From: Octopus vulgaris
Taxonomy: Eukaryota
Length of the DNA: 64,000 bases
Assembly (NCBI GenBank): GCA_951406725.2
Contig: OX597823.1
Span: forward strand, 5,580,001-5,644,000
Direction: 5' to 3'
The position numbers were made by a program, and so were the translations under genes. Shown here in pieces: positions 34,250 through 47,782 of the stretch. The notes beneath the pieces are model-generated. The model did no database searches. It had not been told where the DNA came from and saw nothing but the letters and a program-made list of their open reading frames with translations. Numbering within the stretch: position 1 is the first letter of the stretch; every line of letters starts with the position of its first letter.

Positions 34250-34705
34250 TATTGAATGGAAGAAATGGAGTTGAACGAAGATTGTACAGAATTCCTTTTA
34301 TTACATTCTACACATGTTTCAAAGGCCACAAATTTCCAACCTTAAAGAGCCTCCTCGTTCGAATTGCTGCACCTCTGTTCTGTTTTGTTCTGTCAACGGA
34401 ATTCCTGTTTTTTCCTGATGAGAAAGCCACAATATGGTATCCTTATTTAATCAGAATTTGGAAATTTGTGGCCTTTGAAACATGTGTAGAATGTAATAAA
34501 AGGAATTCTGTACAATCTTCGTTCAACTCCATTTCTTCCATTCAATAATAATATTAAACTTCAATTATCCGCACCAATGCACGGTTGCAGCACCAAATGG
34601 TCTTATCTCCAACCGTGTATTTTCTGCTGTGATTTTTGCTACCCAGGTATCGGTTAAACTTTTGAATAATCTGTAACAAGAAAATTCATCTTTCTATTTC
34701 AACAA
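34247..34705 (+). mobile_element. Young foldback PLE-like element: perfect 93-bp inverted repeat plus hammerhead
   Basis: 34247-34339 is the exact reverse complement of 34458-34550 (118-bp spacer); (TA)n on both sides. Confidence 0.85.
34412..34491 (+). ncRNA. Minimal hammerhead ribozyme motif
   Basis: ttc CTGATGA gaaagccacaa...ttgtggccttt GAAA catgtg TA gaa; predicted cleavage after A34488. Confidence 0.7.
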
Positions 34706-34768
34706 ATATATATATAATATATATATATATGTATATGTATATAAAGAAAGAACACAAACGAGTCGAGG

Positions 34769-34855
34769 CTCACTACAGCTGTTTCAGGCATGTTTTTTTT
34801 ATTGAAGAACAATCTAATTATATCATGAAAAAAAAACACATTTTCTTCAGGTGAA
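34769..34855 (-). ncRNA. Minimal hammerhead ribozyme motif inside foldback element 34742-35024
   Basis: Minus strand ttcac CTGAAGA ... GAAA cagctg TA gtgag; 5-bp stem I, palindromic stem III ACAGCTGT, stem II partly decayed. Confidence 0.7.
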
Positions 34856-35266
34856 TTAAGACTTAAACTTACATATTTGGTTCAGAAAAAATATCGAGAT
34901 ATGGAATGTGTGTTGACAGTGTCATTCTGGCAACTCTCCGGTTGATTTAATTGGTTTATTCATGAATAAAGAACACATTTGAAACTGGTGTAATGGAGCT
35001 CAACCAATTTGTGTTCTCTCTTTACGTAAACACTAAATCTAGAACCTTCTGTTGGCATGCATGCATAATTTCATATACATGTATACTAATATGAGTGTAT
35101 ATATTGATTTGCTCATGTACATGTATATGTAAGTGTTAGGACATGTCCATATATGTAACGATCTATTTGTGCATGCTTGTATACAATGAATAGAGTAATC
35201 TCGACCATGACTTGGTATCGTTATTAAAATACTTTGATTCAAATGAATCCTACAAATAATTAATTG

Positions 35267-35318
<52 letters not shown>

Positions 35319-35611
35319 ACTTGTCTAGTTGTCAATGTAGTGTGTATATTAACCAAAGTATACAATATTATAGATCCATTACAGCTGATCATACTAATGG
35401 ATTTCACGCACCATTTTTTCAATACCTGCCATCTCAGATGAACACAGTTACCAGACAACCATCCACTTACATAATATTTGGGATGAAACCAATAGGTAAG
35501 ATCAGTTGTAATGGATCTATAACACTATACATTGATTAATAAATATATGTAGATGTATATGTATGTATATGTGTGTGTGTGCATATGTATGTATATATAT
35601 ATGAATATATA

Positions 35612-35669
<58 letters not shown>

Positions 35670-36854
35670 GTAGTGGTACAACAAAGCACCAATGTTTACT
35701 GGAAATAGCAGGCGATACATTTACGACTATATGTATTTACGACTCAATGTGTATATAATATATATATATATATATATATACTACATTTAAAGGTGGTGCT
35801 CCAGCATGGACACAGTCAAATGACTGAAACAGGTAAAAGAGAGTACATATGTGGAAAATCATATTTATTGAATTTGATGAAACTTGACATGTGAGTAGAA
35901 GTCGTGTCTAGAAACCTCATGACATACTTAGAGCGTTGAAAAAATCGATAATATGGCCCCTAGAAAGGACCTTTATACCTCATTTGACTATTTTTAAACA
36001 CCCAAGGGAAATAACCCATACCACCTGCAGTTTTTAGCGAAGCGATCAATATTTGATTCTTATAATCAGCCGACCTAATTCTGCATTTCACAATTTTGAA
36101 CTACTAAACATTATTATTGCACTTCCTTAATTTGAATCATAAACATTAAAGACTTCATTCATACATTTCTATACATACATACTTTTTTGAATGGCCATCA
36201 CTCCGATAATTCTGCATTTTTACAGTCACACTTTTTCCATGACAGTAGAAAAATGTTTTATTCTACAACATATTTATAGTGGCTTCATGCAGGCATAGCA
36301 TGGATTCGATCCTCGATTGCCAAATTTCGCACGGTAAAACAATAGTTTTTCAGTGAATGACAGCAGTTATACATTTCCCAGATGCATTCGCTAAGCAGAA
36401 TAATGTCTTTGCCTCTCGCCAATCTCCAACAACCTCTCTCACCAACTTCTGACAATCTTTCTCACCAACCTCTGAAATTCTCTCTCACCAACCTCCAACA
36501 ATCTCTCCCTCCTCCAGCTGACATTTTTTTGTACTTTTCCATGATGGGAAATACACCTTTTGTGGCAGTTATAACAAAATTGCTTTCTTATATCAGAGTA
36601 ATAAGGTGTTTCAATAGAACATATTTACCCCTAGGAATTACTGGGTACACAAGCCAGTAGATATATATATATATATATATATATACTTATATAGGTGCAG
36701 GCATGGCTGTGCGGTAAATAGCTTGCTTCCCAACCAGATGATTCTGGGATCAGTTCCACTGCATGCTACCTTGGGCAAGTGTCTTCTACTGCAGCCTCAA
36801 GCCAACCAAAGCTTTGTGAGTGGATTTGGTAGACAGAAACTGAAAGAAGCGTGT

Positions 36855-36903
<49 letters not shown>

Positions 36904-37139
36904 ATATTTGTGTGTTTGTATCTGTCTTGGTCCCTCCACCATTGCTTCACAACTGATCTTGGTGTGTTTTCGTCCCCGTAACTTAGCAATCAGGCAAAAG
37001 CGACTGATAGAATAAGTACCAGGCCTACAAAAAATAAGTCCTGGGGTCGATTTTTTTTACTAAAAGGTGGTGCTCCAGCATGGCCACAGTAAAAATGACT
37101 GAAACAAGTGTGTAAAAGTGTGTATAAATATATATATAT

Positions 37140-37172
<33 letters not shown>

Positions 37173-37590
37173 CATACATATATTCTAATTGCTTGTGTAT
37201 AATTCCCCATCCCATGCGTCATATGTTATTTTCCTGCGTATAACTCGCAGTAGTTTTCTTTAGCCTAAAAGAAACGCAAACACGTGTCTTTGTCTGATGC
37301 ATGGTTTTGCTTTTACTTTATATCAGAACAATAAACTATAACATTTTAGTGAATTATGATTTTTCATTTTAATCAATACTATCTTATTGTCCATTGTTAT
37401 CCGATACCTGATCAATAGCACTTTCCTTCAATTGTAAACTTACACTTGTTTCATCATAATCAATTTCTTTTTGCTCTCTAAGATCTCTGATCCATCAAAT
37501 GCATTTGTTGTACAAAAATTTTGAGCCACTATATCAGAATCAACAGAGTCCCATACCTGGTCACAGTGAAGGCTTTTTCAAATTTCATCA

Positions 37591-37957
37591 TCTCTATATA
37601 TGTAAACGGTAAAATGTCTGTCTGTGTGTGTCCTTTATACAAATCCACAACTTTTCAGTTAGAGGGCTCGTACTTTCTATGGTCATTCAAAACCGTCCAA
37701 GTGTGGTCGTGCACATCTTTACATTTCCCCAGTCACCCTGCAATGCCATTAAAAAAATCAATAGAAGTGACTTTTTTGTGAATTTTCTATCCAAATCCCA
37801 ATCAAAATGCCTGAAACTTGATACGCCAATTGAATGCCAGCTAGCTGTATGTGATTGGTCAGAGATTTGGACAGTATTCGCGTGTATGTGCACACACATG
37901 CAGCAGTATATGCATGCGCTAGCACTATGACCCAACGTTGCCAGGTCATAATGCTAG
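37591..37957 (+). mobile_element. Non-autonomous Helitron (other Helitron-like 3' ends near 36658 and 61078)
   Basis: A|TC start (tctctatata), internal microsatellite, subterminal hairpin tatgacc...ggtcata, CTAG|T end, no TSD. Confidence 0.8.
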
Positions 37958-38238
37958 TGTATAATAAAAATCAGGGTTGTGATTAGCTAGGCATTCAGAA
38001 TATAATTCTTTCAAGGGTTTCCTAAAAGCCTTTCCTTAAAGGGTTTTGTTAATCCTCAAAAATGACAAGTTTTGTGCTGTGCTGTTTGCAAACTGTTTCT
38101 TACATCATCCAGAAGATGACCATGGAAAGAATCCATTAGAAGCATTGATTTTAGTTTTTGCAAAGTACTAGCAAAATAATTCCAAACAACCAAATCCACT
38201 CCTGAACTGTATTATTGCACTTTTGATGCTTTTCATTT

Positions 38239-38279
<41 letters not shown>

Positions 38280-38453
38280 GATAGATAATTACACTCATGT
38301 ACATATATATACATACACATACAAGCACATACTTGTATACAATGAACTTTTTTCAGCTTCCTTTCTTGCCGAACTGTTAAGTTCCAGGGACATAAACACA
38401 CCAACGCTGGTTGTCAAGCAATAGCAGGGAGACAAATACATACACACACACAC

Positions 38454-38484
<31 letters not shown>

Positions 38485-38571
38485 TATATAAATCCCCAAA
38501 AACGACAAACAAACACAAAAAAAACCAACAATGTGAGGACGTGGTACATGTAAAGTATTAGCAGACGCTCA

Positions 38572-38611
<40 letters not shown>

Positions 38612-39329
38612 TTATGCATATATATATGTATGTGTGTGTGTAGTAAATAACACATATACAGACATATATATACACATTCATACATCAGTAAATATTCCAA
38701 TCTTTAATGATTCTATTTCTACCCTCTCTGTGGGAAGTTATTTTCCCCTTCACATGAGTAAATCACTTCTCTTTCTTTCTCCTCATCTTATTTCAACCCA
38801 TTTCCTCTTGGCCTTCACTAAATCACTTCCACAAGTGCCAGCTATTTCAATATCCTAGTCAAGCACTGCACAGTTGTATTTAATAATTAATGTGTTAATT
38901 ACGCAATCAAGAATAAAAACCCACTTTATTAGAAGTGGAGCTGGAAGTTTAGTACCGTATATCTTGTGGCTGTGGGTATTCTCTAGTAAGGTGTGGTCTG
39001 CAAATTGGCAATGTATCATATCTGAACCCATTTCATTCACTTTAACCACTGTGGCTTTTGAAACACCTAAACCTTCCACACGTAGAAACATCAAGAGAAG
39101 GTTGACATGAGAGTTGGTTTCTGTTTTATTAAACCAATCACTAATATCAATCTGAAGTGACATTTGTTATTGGTGTTGTTGTGTAGCCCAAGGTTAGACT
39201 TAACCATACAAACCTTTGATCAAAAGTGTTTCAGCCATGATCATCCTGTCTGTGATTAATGTATAATGTATCTAGAACTACATTACCCTGGATACGTATT
39301 CTCAAGGTTAGTAGCAAGCGATTTAGCTC

Positions 39330-40415
39330 TCCTACCATATTTCTGTTGAAATGCACTGTCTTTTTTCAATTATTTTTGAAATTAATGGATAAATTAGTCA
39401 TTATTAAATTGGGGTTTGAAGCATAAATTAGCATGAAATTTTTATGAATGTTTTTTTTTTAGATCACTTTAAAACAGGGAATTTGTATCATAGAAACAGG
39501 GGCAATCTCAAGTGGGTTGGTATCAAAAGGGTTAAACCACACCCTACCACCATTGGATGATGTAGTCTGGGATTTACAGTAATAAAAAATGACTGGATGG
39601 TCATGGCTGGGATGCTTCTGAACTTAAGATATGCTTAACCCTTTTGCTATCAGATTTCTGTTGAAATTCACTGCCTTTGTTTCAATTAATTTCGAAGAGA
39701 GTGGCTGTGTGGTAAGTAGCTTGTTTACCAACCACATGGTTTCGGGTTCAGTCCCACTGCGTGGAACCTTGGGCAAGTGTCTTCTACTATAGCCTCGGGC
39801 CGACCAAAGCCTTGTGAGTGGATTTGGTAGACGGAAACTGAAAGAAGCCCGTCGTATATATGTATATATATATAAGCGTGTTTGTGTTTGTCCCCCTAGC
39901 ATTGCTTGACAACCGATGCTGGTGTGTTTATGTCCTCGTTACTTAGCGGTTCGGCAAAAGAGACCGATAGAATAAGTACTGGGCTTACAAAAGAATAAGT
40001 CCCGGGGTCGAGTTGCTCGATTAAAGGCGGTGCTCCAGCATGGCCGCAGTCAAATGACTGAAACAAGTAAAAGAGTAAAAGAGAGTAAAAAGAGTAATTA
40101 TTTATTAAAATAACATTGTCATTATGAAACTGGTATTTGGAACATAAATCAATATGAAATTTTTATGGAAGGTTTTAATGTAGTTCACCTTAACCCTTTT
40201 GTTACCATATTTCCATTGAAATACATTGCTATTATTTCAATTAATTTTGAAAATAATGAAGAATTTAGTAAAATAACTTTTTCCTTTATTAATATGATGT
40301 TTGGAACATAAATTGGCATGACATTTTTATGCAAGGTTTTAATTTAGATAATTTTAAAACAGGAAGTTTGCATCATAGAACCAAAGGTGGTCTCATGCAG
40401 ATTGTTTCAAGATTA
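39330..40415 (+). mobile_element. Three clustered piggyBac-like MITE copies, the middle one interrupted by SINE A; other fragments at about 16987-17140 and 47290-47415
   Basis: Termini TTAA|CCCTTTTGTTACCA (40190), TTAA|CCCTTTTG (39636) and TGGTATCAAAAGGG|TTAA (39535); shared AT-rich body. Confidence 0.75.
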
Positions 40416-42244
40416 TGATCTGATAACAGGAATAAAATCTAACAAAGATTAATGTGTGGGCTTCCAATTCTGCACCTTTAACTACAAGTATTTGTTGGCC
40501 AAAATTCATTCCTTGACCAATGATAAAGTTTAGTTATTTGGTATCTCATTTACTTTGAGCTTCCCTGGATTTTAATTTATTCTTTTTATATTGAACTAAA
40601 GGAAGGAGCTGTGTCCATGGCTTTTGCTGGCCCTTTGAGACTGGCGAGTTTAAGTGATTATAATATTGTAACAAGGACTTGTGGTGGGTGAGAAGATAGT
40701 TTTTTCAGTAGAAGTGATCAATTTATACATGCAACAGGGAATCATTTACAGGGTAGTAGCAGTTTGTCCCTAGTTCTTCTTGTGAACCTAAGAGCCATTT
40801 CAAATATTCCATAAAGTTGTCACATCTATTATTATTTATTCACTCTACTTCTTTATATCCCTCAGTTATTTCAAGTCTGGCAAGTATGGTAGTGGTGGGG
40901 GACCTAAGTTCTCACAAGGAGGTTTTATTAATGTTGAAACATATCTAGAGTTGTCACTGCCAAAGATCAGACTCACCTTCCTTTGTCTACTCTTTTACTC
41001 TTTTATTTGTTTCAGTCATTTGACTGCGGCCATGCTGGAGCACCACCTTTAGTCGAACAAATCGACCTCAGGATTTATTCATTGTAAGCCTAGTACTTAT
41101 TCTATTGGCCTCTTTTGCTGAACCACTAAGTTACGGGGATGTAAACACACCAGCATCGCTGTCAAGCAATGGGGGGGGGGGGGGGATAAACACACACACA
41201 CACATATATACAATAGGCTTTTTTCAGTTTCCATCTACCAAATCCACCCATAAGGCTTTTGTCGACCCAAGGCTATAGTGGAAGACACTTGCCCAAGGTG
41301 CAATGCATACGCAAGGTGCTTGCCCATGTGGTCGGTAAGCAAGCTACTTACCACACCGCCACTCCTGCGCCTGTATGTTCATATTCTACTTTTGATTAAT
41401 TTAACTTTTATGATTGTCTCCCTTAAATTTTTTTTTTCTAGACTAGATTTCCTTTTTCTTTTTTCCTCATTAGGGATGTAAATTTAAATATTTAAATTTT
41501 TTTTGTTTCACTACATTAAATATATTGGCATATTGAATATGTTAGCAATACTTGTTTTCCTAGCAGAAGATTTCCCTACACAAACCATAAAGCTGGTTGT
41601 TAATTATGCAAAAGTGAAATTTTTTAATAATTATAATACGGTTAAAATGTATAATTCTTCTTTTTTTTCTTTCTCAGAATTTATTGAGAAAGTCATACAA
41701 ACAGACACAATAGAATGAATCTAAGCCGCCGGCATGCTTTTATTTATTATTCATTTATCTTTGCATATATTTTAAACTATTTTATTTCCTTGTACAAGTA
41801 GTTCGCGAGGCGGGAGGAGGGGGTAAGCAGATTATGCAATTATTGTACTTATGGTCAACCATAGTTTACATTGGCTGAGTAGGTTAGCCAACTGTTTAAT
41901 CACCTTCCCGAGGACAAGAGATGTTCGCGTTACGTGGTGAGTTTTATGAAATCGGGGTTTCGAAGCCGCTCCACCAATCGCTGGCGACGACGTGGGAACA
42001 CTCACATTCATGTCGTGTGTATGTGTTGTTACTCGCCCGCGCGCACACGCACACACACACATATGCATACATTATGTGTGTGTGTGTATGTATATATATA
42101 TATATATATATATATTATACACAAACACTCACACGTAGATACGCATGAATACATACACATACACATACTCATACTCTCACATGTATGTATATGTGTGTGT
42201 ATGTAACATATATATATATACGTACGTACTTCTGTCTGTCTGTC

Positions 42245-42276
<32 letters not shown>

Positions 42277-44261
42277 TGTATGTATGTATACACACACACA
42301 CACACACATTACCTTGACGTCCTTCAGCAATGCTATATTTCACTTCACTTCCCATCATTTCGTTGCAATCCTCCACCGGCGATTTATTTAATGCACGTAA
42401 CTTATATATACACACCTACAGACACACATGTGTTTATACACGAATACACTCGCTATACTCCACCATTTATACATTAACAGAAACACTAATGTGTTGCTGA
42501 TGCTATTACCTTGAACAAGTAATATCCGTTGTTGAATTTTGTCAAACGGGGGAAAGTGTTTTATTCATAAACATATCGATTTTGATATCAGATCTTCAAC
42601 ATATACCCAATGCAATCCATTATATATATATATATATATACACAAAGCACGCATCCACACTCATGTACATACACACGTACACACTCATACATGCTTATAC
42701 ACTAATATGTATTTCTGTATACATATCTGCATGCATACATAGTTTGTATATATTTATATACGTATGTGTGTATATGTGTGTGTGTCTGTGATTATTCATA
42801 AATTAATCCAAACATCTGCGCTCGCGTGTGCGCGCGTGTATTTGTGTGTGTAAATTCCAAGTGCTCGTGTAATTAGCGAATGTTTTCGAGGCTAAAATCC
42901 GATTCCAAAACCCTGTTGGAACAGTAATCTTATAATGTCTACATGTCACAACTTCTCTCTAACCTTTCTTCCATATTATTTTTCTGATCAAAACATCAAA
43001 GCAAGATAAAGAACGAGTAAATGGCAGTGGAAGGCTTCTTGTTAGTGCAAAGTGAGTAGAATATGTTAGGAACTTGGGAAAAAAGTGCTCATATTTTCTC
43101 TGAGTCATCATAGAGCTATAAGCAACGTCCGGAGGAAAAAGAAACAGATAAAGTGATGAAGACGGGTTTCTTAGGACAACATTGATAAATTTTGTGAAAC
43201 AAGGAAGAAGGGTTTACTGTACTGCTCACTGGTTTTTTAAAAAGGCTAGAGGGAAATGGTCACACGTAAGCAGAAAATGTCAGATCGTAATTTGATACAG
43301 GAATACATCGGAATATAACGAAAGGCCTAAAAGGATAAACCCCTCAGCCAGAAGTTAAAATTAACGAGAATCTACAGGCATAGAAGACAGAACCTGATCA
43401 AAAGGAAGACTCCGACATGCCCGGCAATCAATAACTGTGTGGCCCTCTGCTTGAAGGAGATAGAGCATATTTAGAAGCAATGGGGGTTTCCTGATCAGGA
43501 TTGATCAGGGGTTTCTTTGCGACTCGAAGATACTCACTTAATTAGATTGAGCAAATAGCAGAGAGTGTAGCTATTCTATATTGCGATGGATCTGAATTCC
43601 TGGTTATTTTTTAAAAAGTTCAGCTTGGCAAAAGTTTAAGGCAAATATATATTCTCCATTTGTTCTCAAATCACTGTGATCAGAGATCGATAAAGGGAAT
43701 ATCCCACTGTAAATCGATATATTTATATACATATATACCTGTGAGTGTGTAGTGTATGCCGAAATTATGGGAAGGTACAGTATATCGAAAATAATACAAA
43801 TATGTTTTGGAATGTCACACTAGGTTGTATGAAATCCACTAACCCTTCGAAAATCCCCATTCCTGACGAAGGAATTCAATATATATACATATATATATTA
43901 TATACATGTATGTGAGTACGTTTATATTTTAATTTTCCGATATAATTCAGTTTTTGATTTAATTCATTTATATTTATCACAGAATTAAGTAAATTACGCT
44001 GTGTAAAGTTGCCAAAGTGGAGAAGAAAATATTTGTGATCGAGGAGGGTCCGTCACACAGTTTAACATTAGCACAGTTCTGTTGATTTGGGGTTTAATCA
44101 GACACGAATTAAGGCGTGGATGGACTTTGGGGTTTGCATTTCAGTGAGCTTTCAGTGATTGTATGGAAATTTATTATAATGCTGTATCTAAAAGTATAAG
44201 TACTCTAAATTATTGAATTTTAAAAAAGGTGGCAGGGTTAGTTATATCTATACACACATAT

Positions 44262-44263
44262 AC

Positions 44264-44353
<90 letters not shown>
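44262..44353. repeat. (ATCT)n microsatellite; compound (ATGT)/(ATCT)/(TA) tract also at about 45290-45472
   Basis: Read directly. Confidence 0.95.
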
Positions 44354-44369
44354 ATGGATGTGCGCACGC

Positions 44370-44622
44370 ATCTGTATATGACTGAGTTAAGGGTGTTTTG
44401 AACTCAAGATCGTTAGGTCGTAGTTTCGATTCTCGAAACGGGCGATGAAGTAGTCTCCATCTTCAGAAAGCGACTATATTCCACTCGTTTTGCTCCAATC
44501 CACCCCACTCGAATTAAGAATGAGTATCAGTGACAGCTGGGAGTTAACACTACGAAGGACTAGCGTCCTGTTCAGGGTTGAGTCCTTGCACTCTCGATCG
44601 TCAAATAAATAAATAAATAAAA
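44370..44622 (+). mobile_element. Older tRNA-derived SINE with (AAAT)n tail
   Basis: B-box-like gtttcgattc, actagcgtcctgttcaggg 3' motif, tandem tail. Confidence 0.6.
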
Positions 44623-45374
44623 TCCCGCTGTGACCCGGTCAACTTCCGACTCGGGGTTAAGCTTGTATACTTGATGTAAGCAGATATTACAGCGAAAGGA
44701 AACATTATACCAGAGCTTGTTGGTCGGTGAGTCAAAGTTTGTGCGAGACAAACTTTTTTTTAACAACTAATTCTCAAGAACAAAACGAATAAATTAAATT
44801 GTTCAACTTTTTCTTTTTTTTTTTGAAAATATTAATGGGAGCTTCACAAAGTTTATGGTGATCCTATTCCGGTTCCTAGATTCATGTAAGATCGTATATT
44901 ATACAGATGTATATACTCATGCATTTCCAAATTAATAATAGCCAAATCTCCCTCAAACTGTACCCTACTGGCTTCAAAGAGAGACGGTATTAAAATAAAT
45001 AATGTGGTAAAGGGTACACTGTATTTGAGAAGACTGGATAGTCGTGGCTGGAATGTCTCTGAGCATATATCGGCTTGAGGTTAAACAACATTCATGATGG
45101 CACAACCACACAACAGAGTTTTTATATAGCAACTACAATTGCTAGAAATAGCAGCCAAATGTTCAATCGTCTTAAGTAAGGAAGTACATTGGATAATGTC
45201 TTCCTAGATACTCTCTCTTTTGTACATCTATCCATCCATACATATGTACGTGCATACGCTCATACACTTATGTATGTGTGTGAATCTATCTCTGTCTGTA
45301 TGTATGTATGTATGTATGTATGTATCTGTCTATATCTATCTGTCTGTCTATCTATCTGTCTGTCTGTCTGCCTG

Positions 45375-45475
<101 letters not shown>

Positions 45476-47782
45476 GACGGTGCCCCAGCATGGCCACAGC
45501 TCGTGAGCTGAAACTAGATAAAATAAAAAAAATAAAATATGAGCGGTTTAGTTCACTTGTGATCTAAACGAATAGGTACGCTGAGTAAGTGCTATGGTTG
45601 GTCGTCCGTTAGGTTCCAAGTTCACAGCTGAGACTGGATCTAGGGATCCGTGTTAGGGTTCCGTTATAGCAGGACCTGTACCTTCATGGAAGTACCAACC
45701 AACATCCATATTCTCTGGAAAAAGATGAATTGTGAACATTATTCTCCCACCTTTATTCTACCTTTACTCTTTATTCTTCTATTTTATTCCTCGTGAACAC
45801 ACACACACCTATTTTATAAGTTGGTTTTACTGAACGCATACCAACACGTCGCACTGGTATCACTCATTTCTCTCATTCCGATCAGTAAATCAAATGTAAT
45901 TTTAATTAACAATATACTTAAAAAGTTGGCCCAAATATATTTTTTTTTACTGCTCCATGTGTTACTATCATGTTATTGTCGTTTTAGAGTCAGGGTCATA
46001 AGTTAAACGAACAGATATAATCAAAGGCGTTCCATTCATGACCACATACCGCCTTTCGTTAATATAGTATCTAAGACAACTTTATAATGTTCCGCTTTTT
46101 TAAAAGGCACTAACAGTATGATTTAAGGGATATATAACTGCTATTTTTATCTAGTGCTGGAGCAGACATGGTCATGGGCAATCCAGTCATGACTAAAGCG
46201 CTTATTTAAGGCATTATCCTATCTCCCACATTTTTTAAAAGGCATTAGTGTGATTTTAGGGCGATATGGCTGCTATTGTAGTGCTCGACATGGTCAAAAA
46301 CGTTCCGGCCATTACCACACGGCCTTTTATTACTATAATGCATCCTGAAACAACATTACCCAATGTGTCCCACAATTTTTTAACCTCATTAGAGTGTGGG
46401 TTCAAGACACACGGCTGCTGTTTTTAGCACCTTAAGCAACCATATATAGGTTCCCCCAACCACCGATAAGCATTAACACGATCCGATTAGTACTACCTGA
46501 TTAAGTAAACACATGTTCAAACAACCCAGCCATGACCACCACCTTTTATTCAAACAGTCTATCCAGGGCAATATGATCGGAAGTGTCCTTTTCAAGATGC
46601 TAGGGGAGTGGTCCTCAATCGAGGTCCGTATGACCCTTATGGGGAGTGGGGTCTATATAAGATTTAGTTGCTAAAAATTATATGCACTGAATCGGTTATA
46701 CTCAAAATATTTTAACTTTTTATACAATTCCTATTAAAATTTAATTATAAAAATATAATGGGATTTTTAAAAAAACATCAAATGGCTATGGAATCCTGTG
46801 GAGTAAAACAGCAATCAAAGGGGTTCCACACTTGCAAATAATGGTCGAGTTTTTGGCTGATATTTCTAACAGATCGGGCGACCATTTAGTGTTAGTTTTG
46901 GTGGGCCGTAGTAATTGTTCTTAGTCTTTGAGTCCATGTCTGTCCCGATGAAGATCTTACGATTACAAGCGCTCATCCTGTGCATTTTGTTCAATATGGT
47001 CTTCCATAGACAATTGAGCATGATGTGAGGGTGATTGGGTTGCTCTATCTAGCATGATTAATGGTTACTAGGTGTTTAGTGATTTATTCCCAGGCCGGAT
47101 CTATGAGCAAACGCATTTCATCCGTGACTATTCTGTCTTTTTGTATATCGAAGACCACACTGGTCAATAAATGTGGCCTTTGCCTCTCCACTTTCTTTCT
47201 CTTTGGTGACGACGGCGGCGGTGGTGGTGATAGTAATATAAGGTGGTGGTGATGGTGGTGCGGAGGGGGGTTAGGCTGTGGCTGAAAAATAAAGTATTTC
47301 GTAAAATACCTGTCATTATGAAATTAGTGTTTAGAATATGAATTAATATGAAATGTTGATCACTTTAAAACAACGCTTGAAGAGGTGGTCTCAGGCACGT
47401 TAGTATCAAAAGGGTTGTGGTACGGTGTGATTCGTGGTAATGTTGGCAGCTAGCTCTTATTTCTAACAAGTCGAACAACAATGTAGACTCTCCATGATGA
47501 TGGTGGTCATGTTGTAAAGTTATATACAGAACCGATACGAATGAAAAAAAGAGGTAGTACCAGCGAAGAAGGATTTTCTGATTAAGCGTACATACATGCA
47601 TACTTTTGTTCTCATTAACACATATGTACAAGAAGTAGCCGGTATCTTCAATGTCTTGTTGTTTAGCCCCGGGTCAGACCTACTCAACTGACCACCTATA
47701 TAATCTAAGACGTTCGTGCCTTACCTCCCGTCTTTTTCAGACGTAAGTGCACTTAGGACTATATTATCTTTTTTTATTTATT

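Noticed and set aside
33982-34548. 188-aa ORF
   Set aside because: Spans a MITE, a (TA)n tract and a foldback element; composite artefact.
38855-39163. 102-aa and 78-aa overlapping ORFs in non-repetitive sequence
   Set aside because: No recognisable motifs or convincing splice boundaries.
41661-41718. Strong + strand acceptor followed by EFIEKVIQTDTIE-stop, like a terminal exon
   Set aside because: No upstream coding exons found and no recognisable homology; not supportable without transcripts.
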